64,000 nt of DNA from an uncultured Clostridia bacterium. Its GTDB lineage: Bacteria > Bacillota > Clostridia > Christensenellales > UBA1242. The stretch covers positions 12,138 through 76,137 of the forward strand of contig CALWFB010000001.1 in the NCBI GenBank assembly GCA_944377485.1. The letters run 5' to 3'. The notes under the pieces are model-generated. The model did no database searches, was not told where the DNA came from, and saw nothing but the letters and a program-made list of their open reading frames with translations. This document shows positions 34,849 through 44,517 of the stretch, in pieces; the first letter of the stretch is position 1, and each line of letters opens with the position of its first letter. Made by a program: the position numbers and the translations under genes.

Positions 34849-36582
34849 TTATTGACGCAATCTAATATGAAGTTCTCTCAATTCTTTTTCGCCAACTTCA
34901 ATTGGTCCACCCATCAATAAATCTTGTGCTTTACTATTCATTGGGAAAGGAACAACATCTCTTATGTTTGTGATTCCTAACATTAACATCAATAATCTTT
35001 CAAAGCCAGGTGCTACACCTGCATGAGGCGGCGCTCCATATTGGAATGCTGTATATAATGCTCCAAAACGAGATTTGATTTCTTCCTCTCCGTATCCAAC
35101 AATTTCAAAGACTTTTAGCATTATATCTTTATCTGTATTACGAACTGCTCCTGACGCAATCTCATATCCATTGGCTACCAAATCATATTGATATGCTGTA
35201 ATTTTTAATGGGTCTAATGCATTTAATTCCTCTAAACTTGCTTTTGGCATATTGAATGGATTGTGGCAAAATTCTATTTTGCCTTCATCGTTCAATTCAA
35301 ACATGGGGAAATCTGTTATCCAGCAAAATTCTATTCGAGATTTATCCACCAAGCCCAATTTTTCACCCGCTTCATCTCTTAGCATACCTGCAAGTTTATA
35401 ACACTTCTTGCTGCTAGCATCTGCAATTACAAATATATCATCACCAATTTTTGCGCCAGTTTTTTTGATTAATTCTTGGCATTCCTTTTCTGTAATAAAT
35501 TTCACTATCGGTCCTTTAAGTGAACCATCTTCTTGAACTCTAACCCAAGCCAATCCTTCTGCGCCTTCGCTTAACATTAGGTCTTGCAATCTATCAAAGA
35601 AACTCCTAGGTTGATTACTAGCACTTACAGCAAATCCTTCGACCGTTCTATCTTTAAATGCTTTAAATGTTGTATCTTTGAATACGTCTTCTAATCCTAC
35701 CATAACTATCGGATTTCTTAAATCTGGTTTATCCGTTCCATATTTAATCATTGCCTCTCTATATGAAAGCTTTGGGAAAACTCCTTTATTAAACGGAAAT
35801 TTGCTATATTTAGAAAACAAATCATTGATAAGAGTTTCAACCACTGAATGAACGTCCTCTTGTGTTGCAAAGCTCATTTCCATATCTATTTGATAAAAAT
35901 CTCCTGCAAGCCTATCCGCACGAGGGTCTTCATCTCTAAAACATGGAGCAATTTGAAAATATTTATCAACTCCACCACACATTAAAAGCTGTTTAAATTG
36001 TTGAGGAGCTTGTGGTAGTGCATAAAATTTTCCTTTATGCACTCGACTTGGTACTAAATAATCTCTCGCACCTTCTGGACTAGGGACTGTTAAAATAGGT
36101 GTATTAACTTCTGTAAATCCAAGACTTCGCATTAAGCTCCTGGTCTCAAAAGCAACATCATCTCGCAATTTTAACATTTGTTGCATTTTATCATTACGCA
36201 AATCAAGATATCTGTGTCTTAACCTAATTTCTTCGCTTGTCTTCATACTATCTTCCACATCGAATGGTAGCATATGTTTTGAACTAGACAAAACTCTCAT
36301 CTCATCAATTTTTACTTCAACTCTCCCTGATTTTATATTAGGGTTAATTGTATCCTCATCACGCAAAACAACTTTACCTTTTACTGTTATTACGCTTTCC
36401 CTAGCAAGAGATGTCAATAAACTATCATCATTTGTCTTTAATTGAACGACTCCGCTCTTATCTCGAATATCTATAAAAACAATTCCTCCATGGTCTCGAA
36501 CTGTTTTTACCCAGCCAGCGAGTTCTATTTCTTTTCCTATAAAACTTTCATCTACATCTCCCAGCATCACTGTCCTATACAT
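34849..36582 (-). CDS. aspS: aspartate--tRNA ligase (bacterial type; possibly non-discriminating)
   Basis: FYQIDMEMSF, class II motif 3 GAPPHAGVAPGFERL. 577 aa. Last gene of the gatCAB-aspS operon. Confidence 0.9.
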   Translation of the reverse strand: MYRTVMLGDVDESFIGKEIELAGWVKTVRDHGGIVFIDIRDKSGVVQLKTNDDSLLTSLARESVITVKGKVVLRDEDTINPNIKSGRVEVKIDEMRVLSSSKHMLPFDVEDSMKTSEEIRLRHRYLDLRNDKMQQMLKLRDDVAFETRSLMRSLGFTEVNTPILTVPSPEGARDYLVPSRVHKGKFYALPQAPQQFKQLLMCGGVDKYFQIAPCFRDEDPRADRLAGDFYQIDMEMSFATQEDVHSVVETLINDLFSKYSKFPFNKGVFPKLSYREAMIKYGTDKPDLRNPIVMVGLEDVFKDTTFKAFKDRTVEGFAVSASNQPRSFFDRLQDLMLSEGAEGLAWVRVQEDGSLKGPIVKFITEKECQELIKKTGAKIGDDIFVIADASSKKCYKLAGMLRDEAGEKLGLVDKSRIEFCWITDFPMFELNDEGKIEFCHNPFNMPKASLEELNALDPLKITAYQYDLVANGYEIASGAVRNTDKDIMLKVFEIVGYGEEEIKSRFGALYTAFQYGAPPHAGVAPGFERLLMLMLGITNIRDVVPFPMNSKAQDLLMGGPIEVGEKELRELHIRLRQ

Positions 36583-36597
36583 AATTATCTCCTTTAA

Positions 36598-38010
36598 TTA
36601 GTTAATTTTATCCTTTAATTTTTCCATAACTTCTTGTGCATTTGCTTTCCCTCGGGTTTCCTTCATTACCTGTCCAACAAGGAAATTTAATATTTTAGGG
36701 TCTTGCTCACTTTTATATTGTTCAACGACCTGTGCCTTTTCTAGTAAAACTTTATCCAAAACTTCAAACACTAAATCGCTAGACATATCTGCCATTATTC
36801 CCTGTCTTTTAGCTTCTTGTTCTGCGTTTAAATTTGTTCCCCAAATATAAGATAACAAGTCTTTTGCTGCATTTCTACGAATTTTCTTTTCGTCAACAGC
36901 TCTAATTATCCAAACTAAATTTTCTTTGCCTATTTGAATTGTTCCGCCACCCTTTATTCTAGCAAGAATTTCAGTAGTAAACCAATTTGCAACAGATTTA
37001 GGTTGGAAATACATTTTCAAACAATCTCTATACATATCAGAAACTTCTTTATCTGCTAATATAACATCAGTATCGTATTCATTTAATCCATATTCTTCAA
37101 GATATTTTTTCTTCATCTCATCAGGAAGCATTGGCATGCTATCTTTTATTTGTTTTATTTCATCGTCACTAATGTTTACTGCCAACAAATCTGGGTCGGG
37201 AAAATATCTATAATCTTCGCTATTTTCTTTTGTCCTAAGAGTAAAACTTTCTCCCTTATCATTATCCCATTTTCTAGTCTCTTGAACAATTTCTCCACCA
37301 TCATCAAGTATTTCTTTCTGTCTCTCAATTTCGTAATTTATTGCTCTATGGATTGCCTTAAATCCCATTATATTTTTCATTTCCACTTTTGTCCCAAATT
37401 CTTTACTTCCTTTGGGTTTTAAAGAAATGTTTACATCTGCTCTCATTTGACCTTTTTCTATTTCGCAATCAGCCACTCCCGCATAAATATAAATTTGTCT
37501 CAATTTTGTCAAAAATTCAATCGCTTCATCGGCTGTCTCCATATGAGGTTCTTTCAATGCATCTGTCACCAATTCAATTAGTGGTACACCACATCTATTG
37601 TAATCAATCATTGAAACATCGTCTTGATGAATCAACTTTCCTGCATCTTCTTCCAAATGAATTCTATTGATAGGAATATCTTTGTCAAACACCCGTAGAT
37701 GACCATTGATACAGATAGGTTTTTCTAATTGGCTGATTTGATAAGCTTTTGATAAATCGGGATAAAAATAATTTTTTCTCTCAAAAATCGCTGTACGGTT
37801 AATTTCAAATCCAAGTGCAAGTCCTGCTCGAATAGTTTGTTCCACTGCTTTACGATTCAACACAGGCAAAGCACCTGGTAAACCCATACATACAGGACAA
37901 CAATTACTATTAGGAGAACTGCCGTATTCGTTTTTGCATGAACAAAAACATTTGCTTTCAGTCTTCAATTCCGCATGGACTTCTAGTCCTATTACCACAT
38001 CATATTGCAT
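36598..38010 (-). CDS. gatB: Asp/Glu-tRNA amidotransferase subunit B
   Basis: MQYDVVIGLEVHAEL N-terminus and YqeY-like tail. 470 aa. Confidence 0.9.
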   Translation of the reverse strand: MQYDVVIGLEVHAELKTESKCFCSCKNEYGSSPNSNCCPVCMGLPGALPVLNRKAVEQTIRAGLALGFEINRTAIFERKNYFYPDLSKAYQISQLEKPICINGHLRVFDKDIPINRIHLEEDAGKLIHQDDVSMIDYNRCGVPLIELVTDALKEPHMETADEAIEFLTKLRQIYIYAGVADCEIEKGQMRADVNISLKPKGSKEFGTKVEMKNIMGFKAIHRAINYEIERQKEILDDGGEIVQETRKWDNDKGESFTLRTKENSEDYRYFPDPDLLAVNISDDEIKQIKDSMPMLPDEMKKKYLEEYGLNEYDTDVILADKEVSDMYRDCLKMYFQPKSVANWFTTEILARIKGGGTIQIGKENLVWIIRAVDEKKIRRNAAKDLLSYIWGTNLNAEQEAKRQGIMADMSSDLVFEVLDKVLLEKAQVVEQYKSEQDPKILNFLVGQVMKETRGKANAQEVMEKLKDKIN

Positions 38011-38011
38011 A

Positions 38012-39445
38012 TTATTCTCCTATTTTTGTTTCTATAAATTTTGCGAATTTATAAATCGTTGCTTCATCAAATTTTTTTGCCATAAGCTGTATACCTAACG
38101 GAAGCCCATTATCTCCTTTCCCAAAAGGAATGGATAGTGATGGTAGCCCCGCAATATTGGCTGTCACAGTGAAAATATCCTCTTTGTATGTGTCAACTGG
38201 ATTTTTTGATTTACTGCCAATTTTAAATGCTTCGCCGATTGTCGTTGGCATAATTATAATGTCACAACCTTTGAATGCGTCTTCAAACTCTTTAATCAAT
38301 TCATGTTGAACTGCTTTTGCCTTTTTGTAATATGCATCATAATATCCAGAAGATAAAACATAGTTTCCAAGCATTATTCTTCGTTTTACTTCACGACCAA
38401 AACCTTCGCTTCTACTTTTTTTATATATCTCCTGTAAATTCCTAGCATCATCACTGCGTGTAGTATACTTTACTCCATCAAATCTTGCCAAGTTGCTGGT
38501 TGCCTCTGCTGGTGCAATAATATAATAGGTTGCAAGTCCCAAACTTATATCTTTAATTGATATATCTACAACTTTTATCCCATTTAATTTTAATAAGGAT
38601 AAAAATTTTGAAATATTTTTTTCACACGGCATTCCCTTAATCATTTCTAAAATCTCATGTGGAACACCTATTGTCAACTTTGATATATCTTCATCTAGAA
38701 TTTTTGAATACTCCTCAACTTTTTCATCTGCACTTGTGCTATCACACTCATCTTTTCCTGCAATCACTTCTAGCATCAAAGCATTGTCTAATACATTTTT
38801 TGAAAAGATTCCTACCTGGTCTAGTGAACTAGCAAAAGCCACAATCCCATATCTAGATATTCTTCCATAGCTAGGTTTTAAACCATAAATTCCGCAATAA
38901 CTTGCAGGCTGACGAACGCTTCCTCCTGTCTCTGTACCAAGAGAAATTGGACACATATTCAGAGCAACAGCACAAGCACTTCCCCCTGATGAACCTCCTG
39001 GAACTCTGTCAAAATCTAGTGGATTGTGAGTGACACCAAAAGCCGAATTTTCAGTAGAACTTCCCATAGCAAATTCATCCATATTTGCTCTACCAATTAT
39101 TATCGCACCTGCGTTTAAAACTTTCTTTATGACTGTTGAATCATATTGAGCAATGTAGTTTTCTAAGAATTTTGAACTGCAACTACATTTCTTTCCTTTA
39201 TATAGTATATTGTCCTTAATGATTATTGGCACTCCCACTAGTTTACCACGAAACCCAGATGAAATTTTTTTGTCCATCTCTTTTGCTTTTTCTATTGCAT
39301 CATCAAAGACTTCTAATACCGCATTGTATTTTTCACATTTTTTGATTTGTTCTATAAAAGCCTTACACACCTGTTCGGCGCTCAACTCTTTTGTTAAAAT
39401 TTTATCTCTTATTTCTATTGCTGATAAATCAATAATTTCACTCAT
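38012..39445 (-). CDS. gatA: Asp/Glu-tRNA amidotransferase subunit A
   Basis: Amidase signature GGSSGGSACAVA. 477 aa. Confidence 0.9.
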   Translation of the reverse strand: MSEIIDLSAIEIRDKILTKELSAEQVCKAFIEQIKKCEKYNAVLEVFDDAIEKAKEMDKKISSGFRGKLVGVPIIIKDNILYKGKKCSCSSKFLENYIAQYDSTVIKKVLNAGAIIIGRANMDEFAMGSSTENSAFGVTHNPLDFDRVPGGSSGGSACAVALNMCPISLGTETGGSVRQPASYCGIYGLKPSYGRISRYGIVAFASSLDQVGIFSKNVLDNALMLEVIAGKDECDSTSADEKVEEYSKILDEDISKLTIGVPHEILEMIKGMPCEKNISKFLSLLKLNGIKVVDISIKDISLGLATYYIIAPAEATSNLARFDGVKYTTRSDDARNLQEIYKKSRSEGFGREVKRRIMLGNYVLSSGYYDAYYKKAKAVQHELIKEFEDAFKGCDIIIMPTTIGEAFKIGSKSKNPVDTYKEDIFTVTANIAGLPSLSIPFGKGDNGLPLGIQLMAKKFDEATIYKFAKFIETKIGE

Positions 39446-39447
39446 AT

Positions 39448-39723
39448 CTACTCCATTATCCTAGGAACAACTATACAATCTTTTTTTACGACAGGGGTGT
39501 TTTCAAGTAATATATCAACAGGCATACTGTCCTTTGCTTTATCTTCTCTTAGATTTAACATATCAATGCTATTAATAAAACTGCTTCCGCTAATTTCTGC
39601 ATTTTTCACTATGTCTGCCAACTCCAATAGACTACTAAATTCATTAGAAAACTCTTCCAATTCCTCTGTACTGAATTCCAATTTAGACAATTCTGCAAGA
39701 TGTTCAATTTCTTTAATATCCAT
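39448..39723 (-). CDS. gatC: Asp/Glu-tRNA amidotransferase subunit C
   Basis: 91 aa. MDIKEIEHLAELSKLEFSTEELE typical GatC. AAGGAG SD. Confidence 0.9.
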   Translation of the reverse strand: MDIKEIEHLAELSKLEFSTEELEEFSNEFSSLLELADIVKNAEISGSSFINSIDMLNLREDKAKDSMPVDILLENTPVVKKDCIVVPRIME

Positions 39724-39740
39724 AAATTCTCCTTAACTTT

Positions 39741-39776
39741 AAAAAAACCACAGGTTCTATGTGAGCCTGTGGTTTT
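39741..39776 (-). terminator. attenuator terminator in the gatCAB-aspS leader
   Basis: AAAACCACAGG-11 nt loop-CCTGTGGTTTT plus further Ts, ending 17 nt before the gatC ATG. Confidence 0.75.
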
Positions 39777-39809
39777 ATTCTAATCTAAGCATGACAAAAG
39801 GCCCGCATA

Positions 39810-39863
39810 TTAAATGTGGTTAAGATTGTTATTATTATTGTTATTAATAATAGTAATAATCAT
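39810..39863 (-). CDS. candidate Asn-rich leader peptide MIITIINNNNNNNLNHI
   Basis: ATG preceded by AAGGA. 7 consecutive Asn codons (AAT/AAC) plus one more. TAA stop 1 nt before the antiterminator arm ATGCGGGCCT (39799-39808). Confidence 0.55.
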   Translation of the reverse strand: MIITIINNNNNNNLNHI

Positions 39864-39884
39864 AAATTTCCTTTTGATAAATAA

Positions 39885-39913
39885 AAAATATCACATTAAA
39901 TTAAAAAAGTCAA
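39885..39913 (-). promoter_or_regulatory. promoter of the gatCAB-aspS leader
   Basis: Reverse strand TTGACT-17 nt-TATTTT with an extended TG (TGaTATTTT). Confidence 0.5.
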
Positions 39914-39997
39914 CAGTTTAAGTAAAATTTTCCTTATTTATATTATAATCAAAATTTATTAAATTTATTTCTATCCTGCATTCATCAACATTTGCTC

Positions 39998-40026
39998 TTG
40001 CTAAAAAAAGTAAATAGTGTTATACT
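39998..40026 (+). promoter_or_regulatory. promoter of mnmE (leaderless)
   Basis: TTGCTA-17 nt-TATACT, 6 nt, ATG 40033. Confidence 0.55.
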
Positions 40027-40032
40027 ATTTTT

Positions 40033-41343
40033 ATGGAAACAATTGTAGCATTAGCCACTCCTGCTGGTAATAGTGGAGTCGCAGTTATTAGAATGAGTGG
40101 AGAAAAATCAAAATCAATTTTACAAAAAATAATTCACGAAGATATAGAGTTTGAACCACGTAAAATGTATTTAAAGAGAGTCTATTTTTCAGGACTAGAA
40201 GACACTTGCCTTGTCGTCTTTTTTCCTCATCCTAATAGTTATACAGGTGAAGATGTGGTAGAAATTCAATCACATGGTGGATATTTTATAGCACAAAAAA
40301 TTATTGATGAATTAATCCGTTTAGGAGCAACCCTTGCAGACCGAGGCGAATTTAGTAAGCGAGCATTTATTAATGGGAAATTGTCATTAGACCAAGCAGA
40401 AGGAATTATGGATTTAATCAATGCGGAAAGTGAAATGCAGGCAAAGACAGGCAGTTCATTGATGCAGGGAAAATTAAAAAATTTCATCACCAATTATCAA
40501 AATAAATTGACTGAAATTTTGGCTGAAATTGAGGCAAAACTTGATTATCCAGAATACGAATATACTGAAAATGAAACAAGTAATGTGTTAAAAACTTTAC
40601 AAGATATTGAGGCAAATTTAAATTTACTGATTTCAGAGAGCACTACTGGAATTATAATCAAGAATGGAATAAAAGTAGCATTAATAGGCTCACCAAATGT
40701 TGGAAAGTCGAGTTTACTTAACGCCCTTAGCAAATCAAACAAAGCCATTGTCACCTCCATTGCCGGTACGACTCGTGATGTAATCGAAGCAGAATATGAA
40801 TACAACGGAATTATTTTTAGATTATATGACACAGCCGGCATTCATGAAAGTCAAGATGAAGTGGAAAAAATCGGAATTGAACGTGCAAAACAAATTTTAA
40901 ATGAAGCAGACATAGTTTTAAAAATTTCTGATGATAAAAACCTTTGTACTATTAAAACACCTAAACCCTATATTAATGTTATAAACAAATCTGACATAAT
41001 AGATGTGGATAAAATAAAAAAACAATTTCAAGATGACACCATTTTTGTTAGTGCCAAAAATAATGAAAATATTGATAAATTAAAACAATTAATATTTGAT
41101 AAAACCATTCACGGAGAAATCAATACTAATAAATTATACCTAACCAACACTCGTCATATTGAATGTGTAAAACAAGCCAAAAATTATATAAACAATGCAA
41201 TAACTCAATTTAATTCTACCAGTATGGATATTATATCAAGTGAAATAAAATCTGCATGGTTAGCACTTGGTGAAGTGACAGGTGAAACGAATAATGAAAC
41301 AATAATAGATAAAATATTTTCTAAATTTTGTTTAGGAAAATAA
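40033..41343 (+). CDS. mnmE: tRNA modification GTPase MnmE
   Basis: TIVALATPAGNSGVAVIRMSG N-terminus. G-domain GSPNVGKSSLLN and DTAG. C-terminal CLGK. Confidence 0.9.
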   Translation: METIVALATPAGNSGVAVIRMSGEKSKSILQKIIHEDIEFEPRKMYLKRVYFSGLEDTCLVVFFPHPNSYTGEDVVEIQSHGGYFIAQKIIDELIRLGATLADRGEFSKRAFINGKLSLDQAEGIMDLINAESEMQAKTGSSLMQGKLKNFITNYQNKLTEILAEIEAKLDYPEYEYTENETSNVLKTLQDIEANLNLLISESTTGIIIKNGIKVALIGSPNVGKSSLLNALSKSNKAIVTSIAGTTRDVIEAEYEYNGIIFRLYDTAGIHESQDEVEKIGIERAKQILNEADIVLKISDDKNLCTIKTPKPYINVINKSDIIDVDKIKKQFQDDTIFVSAKNNENIDKLKQLIFDKTIHGEINTNKLYLTNTRHIECVKQAKNYINNAITQFNSTSMDIISSEIKSAWLALGEVTGETNNETIIDKIFSKFCLGK

Positions 41344-41446
41344 TTCTCTTCTTTTTGTAATTTTTACAAAAATCTAACTATCAAACAATTAATATAAACT
41401 TTATAATATTGAAATTATTAAAAAATGTGTTATAATAAGGCGGTAT

Positions 41447-43309
41447 ATGAACTTTATAGACAACTATGATGCAATAGTAATAGGTAGTGGACACGCAGGA
41501 AGCGAAGCGTGTCTGGCTTTGTCACGTCTTAATAAAAAAACATTGCTCACCACGCTAAATCTTGATAGTATTGCTTTTCTTGCATGCAATCCCAGCATTG
41601 GAGGAACAGCGAAAGGTCAACTAGCAGCAGAAGTTGATGCTCTAGGTGGAGAAATAGGTGTCAATGCGGACAAATCAATGCTTCAACTAAGAATGCTCAA
41701 TTCAGGCAAAGGTCCAGCGGTACAATCCTTACGTGCACAAGTGGATAAAGTTGTCTATCACAATGAAATGAAACATACTATCGAAAGACAAAAAAATTTA
41801 GATGTTTTACAATGTGAAGTAGCTGAAATCTTAGTTGAAAACGGAAAAGTTATCGGTGTAAAGACAAGTATGAATGAATACTTTTCATGCAAGGCAGTTG
41901 TTGTTTGTACAGGTGTTTACCTTAATAGTAGAATAATAATTGGAGATTTCACCAAATATACTGGTCCCAATGGATATGAACCTAGCACAATGCTCACCAA
42001 ATCTCTTATAGATTTAGGTATTGAAATCAGGCGTTTCAAGACAGGAACCCCTGCCCGTGTTGACGGAAAAACAATAGATTATTCAAAATTCGAAATTCAG
42101 CCAGGTGACGACTTAAATATTTCATTTTCTCCAATCAGTAAAAAAGTGAAAAACAAAAAAGTTTGTTATCTAGGATATACATCGACAGCGATGCATGACT
42201 GTATTCGTGAAAACATATCACGTGCTCCTCTATATTCTGGCAAAATCAATGGAATTGGTCCTCGATATTGCCCTAGCATTGAGGATAAAATCATGCGATT
42301 TGCTGACAAAGAGCGTCATCAACTTTTCTTAGAACCAGAGAGTGAAAATTCTGACGAAGTATATGTTCAAGGAATATCAAGTAGCATGCCTACAGATGTT
42401 CAACGAAAGATGTATTCGTTGATACCAGGCTTTGAAAACGTAAAAATAATGCGTTTTGCTTATGCCATTGAATACGATTGTATCAATGCCACTGAACTAA
42501 AAAATAATCTAGAATCAAAAAAAATTTCAGGTCTATTTTTTGCTGGACAAGTAAATGGGACGAGTGGATATGAAGAAGCGGCTGCACAAGGAATAATGGC
42601 GGGAATTAATGCTGAACGTTATATAGATAACCTCTCTCCATTTGTTTTAGGTAGAAATCAAGCATACATTGGCGTTTTGATTGACGACTTAGTCACAAAA
42701 GATATAATAGAACCTTATCGAATGATGACAAGCAGAGCAGAATATCGTTTGATTTTACGCCAAGACAATTGTGACATTCGTCTAACTGAGTTGGGTAGAA
42801 AAATTGGACTTGTCGATGACAAAAGATATAAAATTTTCAAGAAAAAATTAAAACAAATTGAACAAGTGAACAGCACTCTAAATACAATGTGTAATCCTGA
42901 AAAACTTACTCCACTATTCACTGAAAAAGGGGAAAGCCTTCCAAAATCCGGACTTACATTAAAAGAATGTATAAAACGAAACAATATTACAATATTTGAT
43001 ATTGCTTCGCACTTTAATTTATTTTCAGATATACCAAAAATTGTCCTAGACTATGTCAATACTGAAATTAAATATGAAGGATATATTAAAAAAGAATTAG
43101 AATACATTGAAAAAAATCAGCACATAGAAAATCTCTCCCTACCCGACATTGACTACTCCAAAATAAATGGACTAAGAATAGAAGCTAGACAAAAACTAAA
43201 CAAATTCAAACCCACTACTCTTGGCCAAGCAAAGAGAATAGATGGAGTGAGCCCTAGCGATATCAATGTTCTTCTCGTCTATTTAAAATTAAAAGGAATT
43301 ATCAAATAA
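41447..43309 (+). CDS. mnmG: tRNA uridine 5-carboxymethylaminomethyl modification enzyme MnmG
   Basis: FAD motif IVIGSGHAGSEA. 620 aa, GidA family throughout. Confidence 0.9.
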   Translation: MNFIDNYDAIVIGSGHAGSEACLALSRLNKKTLLTTLNLDSIAFLACNPSIGGTAKGQLAAEVDALGGEIGVNADKSMLQLRMLNSGKGPAVQSLRAQVDKVVYHNEMKHTIERQKNLDVLQCEVAEILVENGKVIGVKTSMNEYFSCKAVVVCTGVYLNSRIIIGDFTKYTGPNGYEPSTMLTKSLIDLGIEIRRFKTGTPARVDGKTIDYSKFEIQPGDDLNISFSPISKKVKNKKVCYLGYTSTAMHDCIRENISRAPLYSGKINGIGPRYCPSIEDKIMRFADKERHQLFLEPESENSDEVYVQGISSSMPTDVQRKMYSLIPGFENVKIMRFAYAIEYDCINATELKNNLESKKISGLFFAGQVNGTSGYEEAAAQGIMAGINAERYIDNLSPFVLGRNQAYIGVLIDDLVTKDIIEPYRMMTSRAEYRLILRQDNCDIRLTELGRKIGLVDDKRYKIFKKKLKQIEQVNSTLNTMCNPEKLTPLFTEKGESLPKSGLTLKECIKRNNITIFDIASHFNLFSDIPKIVLDYVNTEIKYEGYIKKELEYIEKNQHIENLSLPDIDYSKINGLRIEARQKLNKFKPTTLGQAKRIDGVSPSDINVLLVYLKLKGIIK

Positions 43310-43330
43310 AAATTTAGGAGAAATTTATAA

Positions 43331-44455
43331 ATGATAAAAATTAATGGAATCAATTTAGATGAAAAAACAGCTAATTTATATGTGAAAAATCTAGACAAAA
43401 ATTGTGCAATTGTAGATGCCCATGGTTTTAATTCTTTTATTAATCATAAGATTGATGGAAAATCAATTATGGATAATTTAAAAATAATTCAAAGTCTATT
43501 AGAAATTGAAAAATTAAAAAATATAAAATTTGACAAATCTTATTCTGAACAAATCAATATAGTTAAAGAATTTTATAAAACTTATTTTCCTTCTATTTCA
43601 GAAACCATAGATTCTATTATCGACAATAAAAATCCTGATTATAATGTAGTCCTTCAATTGGGTAAATCAGTTCATAGTTCTGTGGGACATTCAGGCTTTG
43701 ATACTAAATTAAATTTTGTAGTAGGCTTAGATGGTTCACTAGAAGGTATGATTACTCTTGTTCATGAATTATCTCATGCTATCAGCGCACATCATACTGA
43801 AACAATAGCTCAAACAAAAGCAATTAATTCAAAAGATTTAAGTAATCAAGAAAAAAATAAATTAATAGCCAAATTCAATGAGTTTTGCAAACATAAATCT
43901 GACTTTGATATTGATTGCATAGGAGAAATAGAAAGTCATATTGTTGAAAATTTATTTGTACAATATTTGTTAGATAAAAAAATCATCTCACAAGAAAACT
44001 ATGACACATATTTTTTAAGCAGAAAAATTTCTCTTAATAATAATTTAAATTTAATTTTTGAAGAAAATGAAATTATATCTAATTTACCTTGTCCAATAAC
44101 TTATGAAAGTGTTTTAAAATTTATTCAAAATAAACAAAACGAACATTCATCTAATTTTAAAAATATTATAAACCGTCTGAAAATCATGTCAGAAAGAGAT
44201 GAAAAAAGTGGAAAGCACAGTAAATATATGTATAGATACGTAGTAGGAGAAATTGTATCATCAGTTTGGTTCGACAAATATTTGACAAATCCTAAAAATA
44301 AAAAAGAAATGCTTGATAAATTTATTTCTTATTTATCAAATACTGACAAATTAAATATTAACTCAGCTTCTGAGTTTTTAATAAATGAAGATTTTATGAA
44401 TTGTATTAATGATTACATAAATTTAAACGAACATAATAATGAAATTTCAATTTAA
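43331..44455 (+). CDS. HExxH metallopeptidase-like protein (M3/PepF-like core, short)
   Basis: LVHELSHAISAHH plus a downstream GEIESHIVENLF (possible third ligand Glu). AGGAG SD. Inserted between mnmG and rsmG. Confidence 0.5.
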   Translation: MIKINGINLDEKTANLYVKNLDKNCAIVDAHGFNSFINHKIDGKSIMDNLKIIQSLLEIEKLKNIKFDKSYSEQINIVKEFYKTYFPSISETIDSIIDNKNPDYNVVLQLGKSVHSSVGHSGFDTKLNFVVGLDGSLEGMITLVHELSHAISAHHTETIAQTKAINSKDLSNQEKNKLIAKFNEFCKHKSDFDIDCIGEIESHIVENLFVQYLLDKKIISQENYDTYFLSRKISLNNNLNLIFEENEIISNLPCPITYESVLKFIQNKQNEHSSNFKNIINRLKIMSERDEKSGKHSKYMYRYVVGEIVSSVWFDKYLTNPKNKKEMLDKFISYLSNTDKLNINSASEFLINEDFMNCINDYINLNEHNNEISI

Positions 44456-44517
44456 TATATAAAAAAATAAAAATTAATATTAAAATTTAATAAAAATTAT
44501 TGAAAAAAATAAAATTT

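Noticed and set aside
39724-40032. T-box riboswitch upstream of gatC (also checked upstream of alaS 22313-22441 and glnS 25167-25323)
   Set aside because: There is no GGTGGTACCGCG-type T-box sequence or specifier-loop architecture. The gatC leader is better explained by the leader-peptide attenuator.
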